IMG/VR virus record: IMGVR_UViG_3300009788_000006
Span: 1-64,000 of that record
Length of the DNA: 64,000 bases
Reading direction: 5' to 3' (one strand)
Source: a virus
A program made the translations under genes and the position numbers. Shown here piece by piece: positions 9,289-18,059 of the stretch (within the stretch, counting starts at the first letter, position 1; each line of letters starts with the position of its first letter). Under the pieces are notes generated by a model. The model was not told where the DNA came from, made no database searches, and worked only from the letters and a program-made list of their open reading frames with translations.

Positions 9289-9687
9289 ATGACCACCTTC
9301 GCCACGCTCCCGGCTGAGATTGACCGCTACATCCGAAAAGCGGTTCCCGCGGCTATTGCCGAGGGCGTTGGCACGTCCGTAGGTGTCGAGGTCGCCGACC
9401 GTGTCCGGGTTTTGAGTGGTCAGAATAGGCGCTCGACGCATGGCAACCGCGGCGAGCCCAAGGCTCAAGACCCCGGTCTCGGCGTCTTCCCACCACCGAC
9501 CCGTACCGAGTTTCGGGCAGAGTTCAAGGGGCTGAAATTCGACGAGCCATCGGCCATCACGCAGGGCGCCCCGCATTCGGCAGCCCGCGAGGCGAAGGAC
9601 GGTGCGGTCCAATCTGGAATCGCGGCAGCCCGTACAGAGTGGAAGCGCCGCGGCGAAGCGGCCGGCAAGGCGGCGACCCGTGGCTAG
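9289..9687 (+). CDS. neck/tail-completion protein (HK97 gp10-like position)
   Basis: VRVLSGQNRRS resembles the PVDTGxLRxS motif; synteny. Confidence 0.6.
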   Translation: MTTFATLPAEIDRYIRKAVPAAIAEGVGTSVGVEVADRVRVLSGQNRRSTHGNRGEPKAQDPGLGVFPPPTRTEFRAEFKGLKFDEPSAITQGAPHSAAREAKDGAVQSGIAAARTEWKRRGEAAGKAATRG

Positions 9688-10129
9688 CTCACTCATTGGC
9701 ATCGTCCACGACGACTACGCGTCGCGGCTGCTCGCCAACTACAACTCGAGTTTCGTTGCCTGGGACGGCGCCCCGTTCACGGAGCCAACCCCGACCGCTT
9801 CGGGCTCTGCGCCGACGGACTGGATCGTGCCGCGGGTGCTGCGCTCTGAGTCGACACCGTTCAACACCGAGAACGATCAACAGCAAGACGCGCGGATCGC
9901 TGTCTGGATCGCTTTCCAGCCGGAGCGCGGCGGCAAACTCGGCCGGCGTGACGTGATCGCTACCGATCTGGCTGACGCCTTCAGCCTGGCGCGCTCTAGT
10001 GGGGTCAACGCCATGGATGAGCGCTTCGACTTCGTACCGGCCACCGCACCGACGGGATTCGACAAACTGGTCAATCCGTGGGAGTGGGAAGCCATGTTCT
10101 TCAACGCGATGTATACGGAGCAGCCCTAA
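9680..10129 (+). CDS. putative tail terminator
   Basis: GTG overlapping previous stop; VAWDGAPF..P, WI.PRV pattern; precedes tail tube genes. Confidence 0.6.
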   Translation: MASSLIGIVHDDYASRLLANYNSSFVAWDGAPFTEPTPTASGSAPTDWIVPRVLRSESTPFNTENDQQQDARIAVWIAFQPERGGKLGRRDVIATDLADAFSLARSSGVNAMDERFDFVPATAPTGFDKLVNPWEWEAMFFNAMYTEQP

Positions 10130-10875
10130 TGCCAGTGCCGCAAACCAAGCAGATTTGTTTCCTCGGCGACGTGCGGATTTCAGAGCACGCGCAAGCGATT
10201 GATGATCGTGCTGGCACCCGAGGGCGGTTGCCGGGTCAGGTCGTTGAAGACATTCGCGCCTATGACGTCCCAGGGCTCTACGAAGACACCGGGAACATCT
10301 CCGGGTTCGTGGCGCAGAGCACGAAGGCGGCTCGTCTCCAAACGTTCGTCGCGAACGCCGACCAGGTAGTTTTTTCGCATGGTGACGGCATCACGCTGGG
10401 TGATATCTACCGGGTCTCAAAGGTCCACCCAATGGGGCACGGACGGAGCTTCCCGGTGCAGCAGATGTTCGATCTGCCGTTCAGCGTTGTCAGCCCGCGC
10501 CACCACGTCCTCGGCTTTCTGAGGTTCTATGACGTGGCCGTAACCGGCGCAGTCAACGGAACAGCGTTTCAGATAGTTGGCGGAATCGCCGCCGGCACCA
10601 AGCTCGTTGTGAACGTTCACCCGTGGTTCCAATCCGGCGGAGCATCGACGGTGGTCCACAAGATCGAAGCCGATTCCGCCAACACTTTCGCGGTGACGCC
10701 GCAAGACTTCGCGCTGACAAACATGACGGATGTTCTCGGAGGCGGCACCGGCGGCGACGCCCAACAGTTGGAGATCGCCGCAACCGAGACCGACGATTGG
10801 TACCGCTACGTCGTGACCAGCGTTACGGCCGGCACGTGGAAGATTGCAGTAACGGTCGCTCTGGTGACCACTTAA
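10129..10875 (+). CDS. tail-tube-like protein with C-terminal beta domain
   Basis: TAATG coupling; VPGLYEDTGNISGF and C-terminal GTAFQ...DDWYRY pattern. Confidence 0.55.
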   Translation: MPVPQTKQICFLGDVRISEHAQAIDDRAGTRGRLPGQVVEDIRAYDVPGLYEDTGNISGFVAQSTKAARLQTFVANADQVVFSHGDGITLGDIYRVSKVHPMGHGRSFPVQQMFDLPFSVVSPRHHVLGFLRFYDVAVTGAVNGTAFQIVGGIAAGTKLVVNVHPWFQSGGASTVVHKIEADSANTFAVTPQDFALTNMTDVLGGGTGGDAQQLEIAATETDDWYRYVVTSVTAGTWKIAVTVALVTT

Positions 10876-10884
10876 GGAGAGCTT

Positions 10885-11316
10885 ATGGCCCAAGGAACAC
10901 ACACTTACACCGTCACGTTGACCTCGACGACGCTGGTCGCGACCACGTTCAAACTGGACGGGCTGGCGGACAGCGATGCTCGCGCCCAAGTTCGCTACGG
11001 GGACACTACGATCGACCGGGAATACAACGTACCGGGTCTGTTTTCTGGAGATGTGACTTTCACGTTCATCCCGGATACCGCTGGCGCAACGTCTGTCACG
11101 CAGATGAACACCGCGCTCGAAGCCGCTGAGCTGTTCACTCTGACGGTCAAGCAGGATGCCGTCGGCTCTGAGTCGGCCAACCCATCGACCGACAACCCGA
11201 CGGTGACCTACACCGGCCACATCTTCGAGCATCCCGGCGGCCCGGTGAACGTTGGCGAGATCCGCCAGTATCCGCTGACGATGTCGATCAAAACCCGCGT
11301 CGTGGCAGTAGCCTAA
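10885..11316 (+). CDS. major tail (tube) protein
   Basis: AAGGAG RBS; VPGLFSGDVTFTF, NPTVTYTG, VGEI motifs; precedes chaperone and tape measure. Confidence 0.7.
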   Translation: MAQGTHTYTVTLTSTTLVATTFKLDGLADSDARAQVRYGDTTIDREYNVPGLFSGDVTFTFIPDTAGATSVTQMNTALEAAELFTLTVKQDAVGSESANPSTDNPTVTYTGHIFEHPGGPVNVGEIRQYPLTMSIKTRVVAVA

Positions 11317-12245
11317 TGCTGAAGGCATTCAAAGCACTCAAGGTTCGCGGTGTCGAGAAAGTCATCGGTGGTACGCCGAGAGACTGGAAGCTCGAAGGCG
11401 GTGTCTATCTGGAGATCCACGTCCGACCACGGTCCCATCCCAAGGCCAAGGCGTGGCGTGATTATGAGGAGGAGGCGTCTTCTCGGCTGGTCGGCGCCTT
11501 CCGAGAGGGCGCCGCGCGGTCTGCGGCGGCATCGGCTGCCGGCGGATTTCGACGCGGGAAGAATCCGCGATCCGAGGCCGCATTCGCCAAGGGCTTCAAG
11601 GCCGAGCTCGAAGAGGTGAAGATCTCCCGCGAAGACCAGCTTGATGAGCTGCAAAGCGCGCTGGATTGCCAGCGAGAGCATTTGCTCCTCGGAGTCTACG
11701 AGTGCAGCAGTTCTGCCGCCGTGCTCGATCTTTCCCCGCAGATGGACGCGGTAACAGACGCCGACGACGGGGCCGACCTTGAAAGGGCTGAGCGCGCTCT
11801 CGAAGACGCTCTTTCTCCAGAGAAGCTTCTTATGCGCGCTGACGAACCGGAAAAGCGGCGTCAGCTTGCTGATGAAGAGATCAAGGCTCTGTTCACCGCC
11901 CAGCTGCCGGAGGTGCTACCTGGCGAAGAGGCTGCGGTGATCTCCTCTGATTGGTCGCCGCTTTTCGGCCGGGCGACTGTAGCTCAGGCGTTACTCAGGA
12001 TCGTTGCAGATCTCGCGAGACATGGCGCCGAGGGTGAGAAAACCTGCCGTGACAAAGAGGCCGAAGAGGCAAAAAAAGCGCATACTTCTGGGCGCACCGC
12101 AACGCCAAGGCAGGAGACCACCACCGGCAAGCAGCAGCAGCCGACCGAATCAGCCTCTCCGCGTGGAAATGCGGGCAATGCGGTGTCGAGTACCAGCCCG
12201 CCGCCTGCCGCCAGTGTGAAGGATACGACTACAAGTCCCAATTGA
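11316..12245 (+). CDS. tail assembly chaperone (G-like)
   Basis: between tube and tape measure; contains A AAA AAA slippery site at 12071-12077. Confidence 0.7.
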   Translation: MLKAFKALKVRGVEKVIGGTPRDWKLEGGVYLEIHVRPRSHPKAKAWRDYEEEASSRLVGAFREGAARSAAASAAGGFRRGKNPRSEAAFAKGFKAELEEVKISREDQLDELQSALDCQREHLLLGVYECSSSAAVLDLSPQMDAVTDADDGADLERAERALEDALSPEKLLMRADEPEKRRQLADEEIKALFTAQLPEVLPGEEAAVISSDWSPLFGRATVAQALLRIVADLARHGAEGEKTCRDKEAEEAKKAHTSGRTATPRQETTTGKQQQPTESASPRGNAGNAVSSTSPPPAASVKDTTTSPN

Positions 12246-12613
12246 CCGCCGCTCCTCTGGGCGCCGGCTGGAGGTGCGAGAAATGCCACAGCTACCAGCC
12301 TCCAGCGTGGTGCGAAGGATGCGACCGGAACACCGGAGAGCCGCAGGAAACGCACGACATCCTGCTGCCGAACGATCAGGATCGGGAGCGTGCCCGGTCG
12401 CTGGTCCCAGATCCGGACGAGCGTACCGCAGCCATCTTGCAGGTCTATTACTCGGCCCCGTCACTTGCTATGGGAGGCCGGGATCTGGGCTATGCCGAGA
12501 GAGAAGCCCGGCGCTATCTCGACGAGGACGAGGTGGAGCACCTGTCCTCGTGTCTCTACGCCATCGCATCGGCTAGCGCCGAGGGCGAAGATGACGGACG
12601 ACCGAAAAAGTGA
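12071..12613 (+). CDS. -1 frameshift extension of tail chaperone (GT-like; fusion 11316-12613, ~432 aa) with four CxxC pairs
   Basis: -1 frame open from 12053 to 12613 with no ATG/GTG before 12242; WKCGQC..CRQC..WRCEKC..CEGC. Confidence 0.75.
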   Translation, partial: KKSAYFWAHRNAKAGDHHRQAAAADRISLSAWKCGQCGVEYQPAACRQCEGYDYKSQLTAAPLGAGWRCEKCHSYQPPAWCEGCDRNTGEPQETHDILLPNDQDRERARSLVPDPDERTAAILQVYYSAPSLAMGGRDLGYAEREARRYLDEDEVEHLSSCLYAIASASAEGEDDGRPKK

Positions 12614-12620
12614 GTAACCC

Positions 12621-15600
12621 GTGGCTGTCGTAGAGTTCCCTATCCACGTCCCGATCATCCCCAAGACCGGGAAGTACGATGCGGCGATGGCTCGCGTCAG
12701 GGGGCAGTCCAAGAAGACAGAGTCGTCTCTCCGTTCCCTCAAGGGTGTAGCTGGCACCTTATTCGCTGGGTTTACGGTTGCTGCTGTAATTAGCCAGCTG
12801 GGCTTGGCTTCTGCCGCATTTGCGGACTTTGAATTCCGCATGGCCGGGGTCCGAGCTGTTACAAGAGCTCTGCCGGAAGATATGCAGAAGCTCGAGCAGC
12901 AATCGCGAGAGCTCGGACGATCAACGATTTTCACTGCCACGCAGGTTGCGGAAGCCCAGGAGAATCTTGCTAGAGCGGGGTTCGACGTTGCGGAGAATCT
13001 TGCGTCTCTGCCCGCGGTTCTCGATCTTGCGACCTCGAGCGAATTAGGCATGGCGCGGGCAGCTGATATCTCAGCTGGCGCTCTGCGGGGGTTCCAGCTT
13101 GAGGCGTCGCAGATGGGAGACGTCATCGATGTCATGGCGGTCGCTGCCGCCGACAGCAATCAGCGAATCGAAGATATGGGCGAAGCTCTGAAGTTTGCGG
13201 CGCCTGCTGCTCAAGGGCTTGGTATTTCTTTTCGAGACACCACGGCCGCTCTTGAAGTGCTCGCCGACAACATGCTTCGCGGAACGCTCGGTGGAACCGG
13301 TCTGCGGATGTCTTTGCTTTCATTGATTGATCCTACAGGTAAGGCCGCGGGGGTTCTTGACGAGCTTGGTGTATCCGCTGAAGAATTCACAGACACGTTA
13401 AAAGAGGACGGACTGATCGAGGCTCTGAGCCTGTTGAGCAGCGAGACAACAGGGGTCAAGGAGGCTATCCAGATCGCTGGAGCTCGTGGCGGTACTGCGC
13501 TGCAAATCCTGCTGACCAATCTCGATCGCCTTGCCGAGAAGCGCGCTGGCCTCGAAGGTATTACCGGCGCCTCTCGCGAGATGGCCGAGATCAAGATGGA
13601 CACTGCGACGGGCAGTTTCAAAGAGCTTGAGTCGGCGATTGAATCAGCTCGAATTGAGCTTGGCGCCACTATGGCGCCAGCGCTTCGAGAAACTTCTGTT
13701 GAGCTCAAAGCAATAGCGAGAGTCACGGAAGAATGGATCGTTGCCAATCGCGACATCCTCAGAGACCTGATCCAGGTCACTGGATGGACGGTAAAGCTTG
13801 CGGCAGCGTTGGTGTCGGTGCCGATCAAGATCTTTGCTGATGTTCTTGAGCTTGCCGGAGCGATCGGCGAAAGAATTTCCAACCTCGGCGCGGCCGGCGC
13901 TGACATCAGTGGATTGACACAAGGCGCTGAAGAGTTGGCGGCCGCTTATCGCGAGACGGTAAAGGCGATCAAAAGTCAGGACGAGGCGATCATTCAGTCG
14001 AGGGCGGGGGAGCTCTCGGCACAGATTCGCGCGCTGGCGGAGGAATGGGAGACCATTTCGCAAAACATTAGGATCTATGAAGATGACCTCGACGATCTGC
14101 GTAGCACTGAAGGTGCTACGGCCGAGCAGATCGAAGAAAGCGTTACTGCTTTGCGCGCCCAGGCTGTCGCCCTGCGGTTGAATGAACGGGAGTCCGCGGA
14201 GCTCGACAAAATGCTAGCGCTGCTGTTCGAGAGCCTGAACGATCTTGGGGCGGCCGGTAAAGAGATGGGCAAGGGTATTGAAGATGGGGCCGATGCTCCA
14301 GCTATGAGCATCGACGCCTTGCGGAGCCGCATTATTGCACTGCGTCAAGCGATCATCGATTTCGGCTCCACTGAAGTTCAGACCGAGCTGATTGGAGATG
14401 CCGCGCTGCCGTTCGACCCGCGCAAGATGGTCTTCGCTATGAATGCCGCGTTCGATGATCTTGAAATCGATCAAGATGTCTTTTTGCCAACACAGGCGAC
14501 GATGGATCAGCTCGGGGCGCAACTTGAGCAGATGTACCGGAAATCGGGCGAGGAATTGGCGCCAATTTTCCAGCGAGCGGTGGCTGGGCTGGCGCCGATC
14601 CTTGGCGATCTTTTCGGCGGAGACACCGGCGGGCTGGTTGCTGGCATCGAATCGATATTTGGAACCGGTGGCGCTCTTGATGAGCTTCGCATTGCTCGCC
14701 AAGCATTGACCGACATTGAGGCGGCAGGCGTGCCGACTCAAGAGGAATTGGCCCAAGCGCTCGACCGTGTGGATGTTGCTAGCAAGCGTACCGCGGCTGC
14801 CTTTGCTTCCTTGGTCAGTTCATTGGCCAGTTCGTTGCAAGGCTCCACTGGCCAGCAAACCACCGGGGTTCTCGGAGGTCAAAGCGAGGGCACCTTCTCG
14901 GCAGAGGGCGCCGACATCGGCCAAGCGATCGGCGGACTTTTCGGTCCGTGGTGGGGAGTTTTCGGGCAGGTGGTCGGGGGCATCATCGGCGATTTTATCA
15001 AGAAAGGTGCCGACGACGCGGCTGCCGAGCTGCGGTTGATTGACGGCGAGCTCGACGCCAACGTGTTGAATGTTGAAGGCGGGCTCATCGATAGCTTCGG
15101 GCCTTTCGTCGATGCCTTTGCCGACGCGATCAACCAAACCTTGGACATGATCGGAGCGACGCTGGAAACCCTGCCAGCCAATTTTAACATCGAGATTCGA
15201 AGTGGGCAGTGGATCGCGGTGTGGGGTCGAATGTTCGACGCTACGGAAGAAGGCATCCAGGACGCGCTGTCCTTCGCGGTGATTCAACTTTTGACGCAAG
15301 GCGATGTCACCGGTATCGAGCCAGAGGTGAGGCAGGCGTTGACCAGCTTTGTCGGCAACACGCTCGAAGGATTTCAGGAGACGCTTGCTCTTGCCTTGCG
15401 CCTAGTCGACGATCGGCTCGGCCCGGAGGCGGTCCAGATCCGCGACTCTCTCATAGGGATTTTCGCCGACATTCAGGCCGGGTTGAGCGCCGGGATTAGC
15501 GTCGCGGGCGTCACCGAAGGCATCGACGTTTCCGGCGCCTTCGCCGCTTTAGGCCGAACCCGAGACGAGCTCCTCGGCATTGTGCAATCAGAGGAAGAGA

Positions 15601-17600
15601 TCGCCGGTATCAGAATCGACGCGTTCAACGCTCAAATCAGGGTCCAGATGGCACAGCTCGAGGTGATGCTGGCCGAGACTCTTGTTCGCGAGGCTAGCGC
15701 TCAGCAGGTGACAGTCTTTTCGCGCACACAGCTCGATGCGGTAGAGACAGGGGTCCTCCTGATCGACACCCTGTCCGGAGTCACGACGGAAATGGGCACT
15801 ATGGCGGGCGTTGCTCAGACCACACTTGAAGTGATGGAGGCGGCGACCTCTGGGGCAGTCGAGGCGATCCAGGCGGCCCTAGCAGACCTCGAAGGGCTCT
15901 TGATTTCTGACGCCGAGCGGGCGCAGGGTGTCAGGCGCGCCGGGCGCGGGCCGTCCGGGCCATCACCGGACGCTATCCGTGCGGCTCAAAGAGAGCTGGA
16001 GCTGCTTGCGGCGCGAGCAGCGGGGAATGACCAACTGCTAGAGGATCTCCGGGAGCAGTTCGCGATCCAGGATCAGATTCGGAATATTACTGAAGTGCTC
16101 GGCGCCGAGGCTGGCGAATTGGCCCGCGCGCTCATTGAGACCGCGGCGGCCATGGCCGAGGTCCGCGCCGAAACTGAATTGAGGGAGGAGCGTCAGCGGA
16201 CACTCGCCGAGACTACTGCCGAGCTCGCGGAAAGGATGTCCGATCTTGCGGGGTCATTCGACCAGCAGTTCTCGGCTCTTGGCCCATTCGAACAGGCCAC
16301 TGACATTCTGGGCCAGGCCCAGCAGAACATCATTGATTTGGGGCTGAACGTCGGCCAGCTCCAGCTTGAGGCCGCGCTTTTTGGCGGCAGCACTGACGAT
16401 TTGACAGCGGGCCTGGCTGCTCTTGCGCAAGCCCAGGATCAATACAACGACCTGCTTGAGGAGGCTGATGTCTTCCTGCGCAGAGCTGCGACCACGAGCC
16501 TTCTAGATCTCGGCATCTTTCTCGCCGAGGGCATCGGCGACGCCGAGAGGCTTGCCGAGCTTCAGGCCCAGCAGAGCCGGATGGAGCTCCAACTCAAGCG
16601 GCTCGAATTCGAGCTGCTGGTGGAGCAGCTCCGGATCTTCGGTCTGCTCGACGACGAGCTCCAGGGCCTTGTGGATGACATCAATTCGATGTTCGATACC
16701 GCCTTCGAGCTCGGTGACGAGTTCGGCAACCTTGGCAATGAAATCAACAACGCGGCCGGGGCCTTTTCATCCGCCGCGTCGATCATCCTCACCGGCGCCG
16801 ATCTCTGGGCGCAGCAGCTCGCGCAAGGCCAGGCGCTTCTTGATCGTATCCAGCAGGGTCTGTTAGCGCAGCAATCGCCGTTCGCGCGCATCGTGGCCGA
16901 GATGCAAGCGCTCCGCGACGAGGCGATGGAGATCACGGCCGCGGTCTTCATGACCTTGGGGACCAATCTCGCGGACGTGCTCGCGGATATCGATCTGCTC
17001 GAGCAAATGGAGCTCGACGCCGAATTCCAGCGTTTGACGGGTTCGTTGCAGGACTTCTTCCGATCCTTGACTGAGGGGCCGCTCTCTGGTCTCTCACAGC
17101 GTGACCAGGCTGCGGCGGCACAAGCCAGGGTCGAAGAGCTGCTAAGGCTGGCCGCGGGCGGCGAGGGCATCACCCAGCTCCAGCAAGAGGAGGCCATCGC
17201 CGTGCTTGCGGCTGAAGGGCAGAACCTGCTGGCGCTGGCCGGCGGGGTGCTCGGCGCCGGCGGCATCGGCGCGCTAACTCAGCAACTCATCGAGGCCATC
17301 AGCGGCATCCTCGGCGACGGCTTCCCGTTCGGTGGTGGCGGTGGCCCTCTTGGTCCCGGACCCCCGGGAATCCCAGGGCTTCCGGGGGGACCGCTCGGCG
17401 GCGGTGCTCCAGGGGGCGGGCCGCGTGGTGGTGGTGGGCCACTTAGCCCTGGTTCCCCGTTCAGCAGTGACGTGGCGCTCAATATCGCGTCAGCGGCCGG
17501 CGCCCAGAGATCTACGACGAATAGCCTGCTGAGGTCGATCGAGACTGAGCTGATCGAGCTCAACGGCGGGGTGGTCCAGCCGCCGCAGATTGCCCCTTGA
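12621..17600 (+). CDS. tail tape measure protein (TP901-type core)
   Basis: 1659 aa helical; TIFTATQVAEAQENLARAGF, LPAVLDLA, MGEALKFAAP, GTLGGTGLR motifs. Confidence 0.95.
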   Translation: MAVVEFPIHVPIIPKTGKYDAAMARVRGQSKKTESSLRSLKGVAGTLFAGFTVAAVISQLGLASAAFADFEFRMAGVRAVTRALPEDMQKLEQQSRELGRSTIFTATQVAEAQENLARAGFDVAENLASLPAVLDLATSSELGMARAADISAGALRGFQLEASQMGDVIDVMAVAAADSNQRIEDMGEALKFAAPAAQGLGISFRDTTAALEVLADNMLRGTLGGTGLRMSLLSLIDPTGKAAGVLDELGVSAEEFTDTLKEDGLIEALSLLSSETTGVKEAIQIAGARGGTALQILLTNLDRLAEKRAGLEGITGASREMAEIKMDTATGSFKELESAIESARIELGATMAPALRETSVELKAIARVTEEWIVANRDILRDLIQVTGWTVKLAAALVSVPIKIFADVLELAGAIGERISNLGAAGADISGLTQGAEELAAAYRETVKAIKSQDEAIIQSRAGELSAQIRALAEEWETISQNIRIYEDDLDDLRSTEGATAEQIEESVTALRAQAVALRLNERESAELDKMLALLFESLNDLGAAGKEMGKGIEDGADAPAMSIDALRSRIIALRQAIIDFGSTEVQTELIGDAALPFDPRKMVFAMNAAFDDLEIDQDVFLPTQATMDQLGAQLEQMYRKSGEELAPIFQRAVAGLAPILGDLFGGDTGGLVAGIESIFGTGGALDELRIARQALTDIEAAGVPTQEELAQALDRVDVASKRTAAAFASLVSSLASSLQGSTGQQTTGVLGGQSEGTFSAEGADIGQAIGGLFGPWWGVFGQVVGGIIGDFIKKGADDAAAELRLIDGELDANVLNVEGGLIDSFGPFVDAFADAINQTLDMIGATLETLPANFNIEIRSGQWIAVWGRMFDATEEGIQDALSFAVIQLLTQGDVTGIEPEVRQALTSFVGNTLEGFQETLALALRLVDDRLGPEAVQIRDSLIGIFADIQAGLSAGISVAGVTEGIDVSGAFAALGRTRDELLGIVQSEEEIAGIRIDAFNAQIRVQMAQLEVMLAETLVREASAQQVTVFSRTQLDAVETGVLLIDTLSGVTTEMGTMAGVAQTTLEVMEAATSGAVEAIQAALADLEGLLISDAERAQGVRRAGRGPSGPSPDAIRAAQRELELLAARAAGNDQLLEDLREQFAIQDQIRNITEVLGAEAGELARALIETAAAMAEVRAETELREERQRTLAETTAELAERMSDLAGSFDQQFSALGPFEQATDILGQAQQNIIDLGLNVGQLQLEAALFGGSTDDLTAGLAALAQAQDQYNDLLEEADVFLRRAATTSLLDLGIFLAEGIGDAERLAELQAQQSRMELQLKRLEFELLVEQLRIFGLLDDELQGLVDDINSMFDTAFELGDEFGNLGNEINNAAGAFSSAASIILTGADLWAQQLAQGQALLDRIQQGLLAQQSPFARIVAEMQALRDEAMEITAAVFMTLGTNLADVLADIDLLEQMELDAEFQRLTGSLQDFFRSLTEGPLSGLSQRDQAAAAQARVEELLRLAAGGEGITQLQQEEAIAVLAAEGQNLLALAGGVLGAGGIGALTQQLIEAISGILGDGFPFGGGGGPLGPGPPGIPGLPGGPLGGGAPGGGPRGGGGPLSPGSPFSSDVALNIASAAGAQRSTTNSLLRSIETELIELNGGVVQPPQIAP

Positions 17601-17604
17601 AGGG

Positions 17605-17856
17605 CTACGGCCCCGACAGATTAGACAATGCCGTAGCCAGCGCCTGCGCCTTGGCCTTGAGCTGCTGGCCTGGTACGCCGCGGAGCTTCGTCACTAGCGT
17701 GTCGATCAGCGTCAAGTTGATCTCGAAGCCAGCAGCCAACCCGCCAGGCGGCAGAGTTGTGTCGGACAGGAATTCCAGATCCGCGACGGTAGCCGTGACC
17801 GCGATTTCGGCGAGCTGTTCGGCGCCAGCGGGGATGCCCTGGGTGATCTTGATCAT
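17605..17856 (-). CDS. hypothetical protein
   Basis: GGAG RBS, ATG 17856; convergent with tape measure. Confidence 0.55.
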   Translation of the reverse strand: MIKITQGIPAGAEQLAEIAVTATVADLEFLSDTTLPPGGLAAGFEINLTLIDTLVTKLRGVPGQQLKAKAQALATALSNLSGP

Positions 17857-18059
17857 GATTCGCTCTCCGTTTCTTCCCGTCGCCGGACTCTTGGCGGGTG
17901 GCCTTGTTGATATTCGATGTAGAGGGAGGCTTCGGCGGGGTCTTCTCCTGGAAGCAGCTTGGCTTCGACCTCCGCGCCGAGCCGCTCTATTTCTGTAGCG
18001 CACCATTCATGAAAAAGGTCCATGATGTACGCGCCGGCGGTTGCTTCAGGGGTTTGCAT
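17853..18059 (-). CDS. hypothetical protein
   Basis: TGATG coupling to upstream gene, ATGA coupling to downstream gene. Confidence 0.5.
   Translation of the reverse strand: MQTPEATAGAYIMDLFHEWCATEIERLGAEVEAKLLPGEDPAEASLYIEYQQGHPPRVRRREETESES

Noticed and set aside
17330-17460. Collagen-like repeat at the tape measure C-terminus
   Set aside because: Gly/Pro-rich, but strict G-X-Y periodicity lasts only a few triplets; treated as a low-complexity linker
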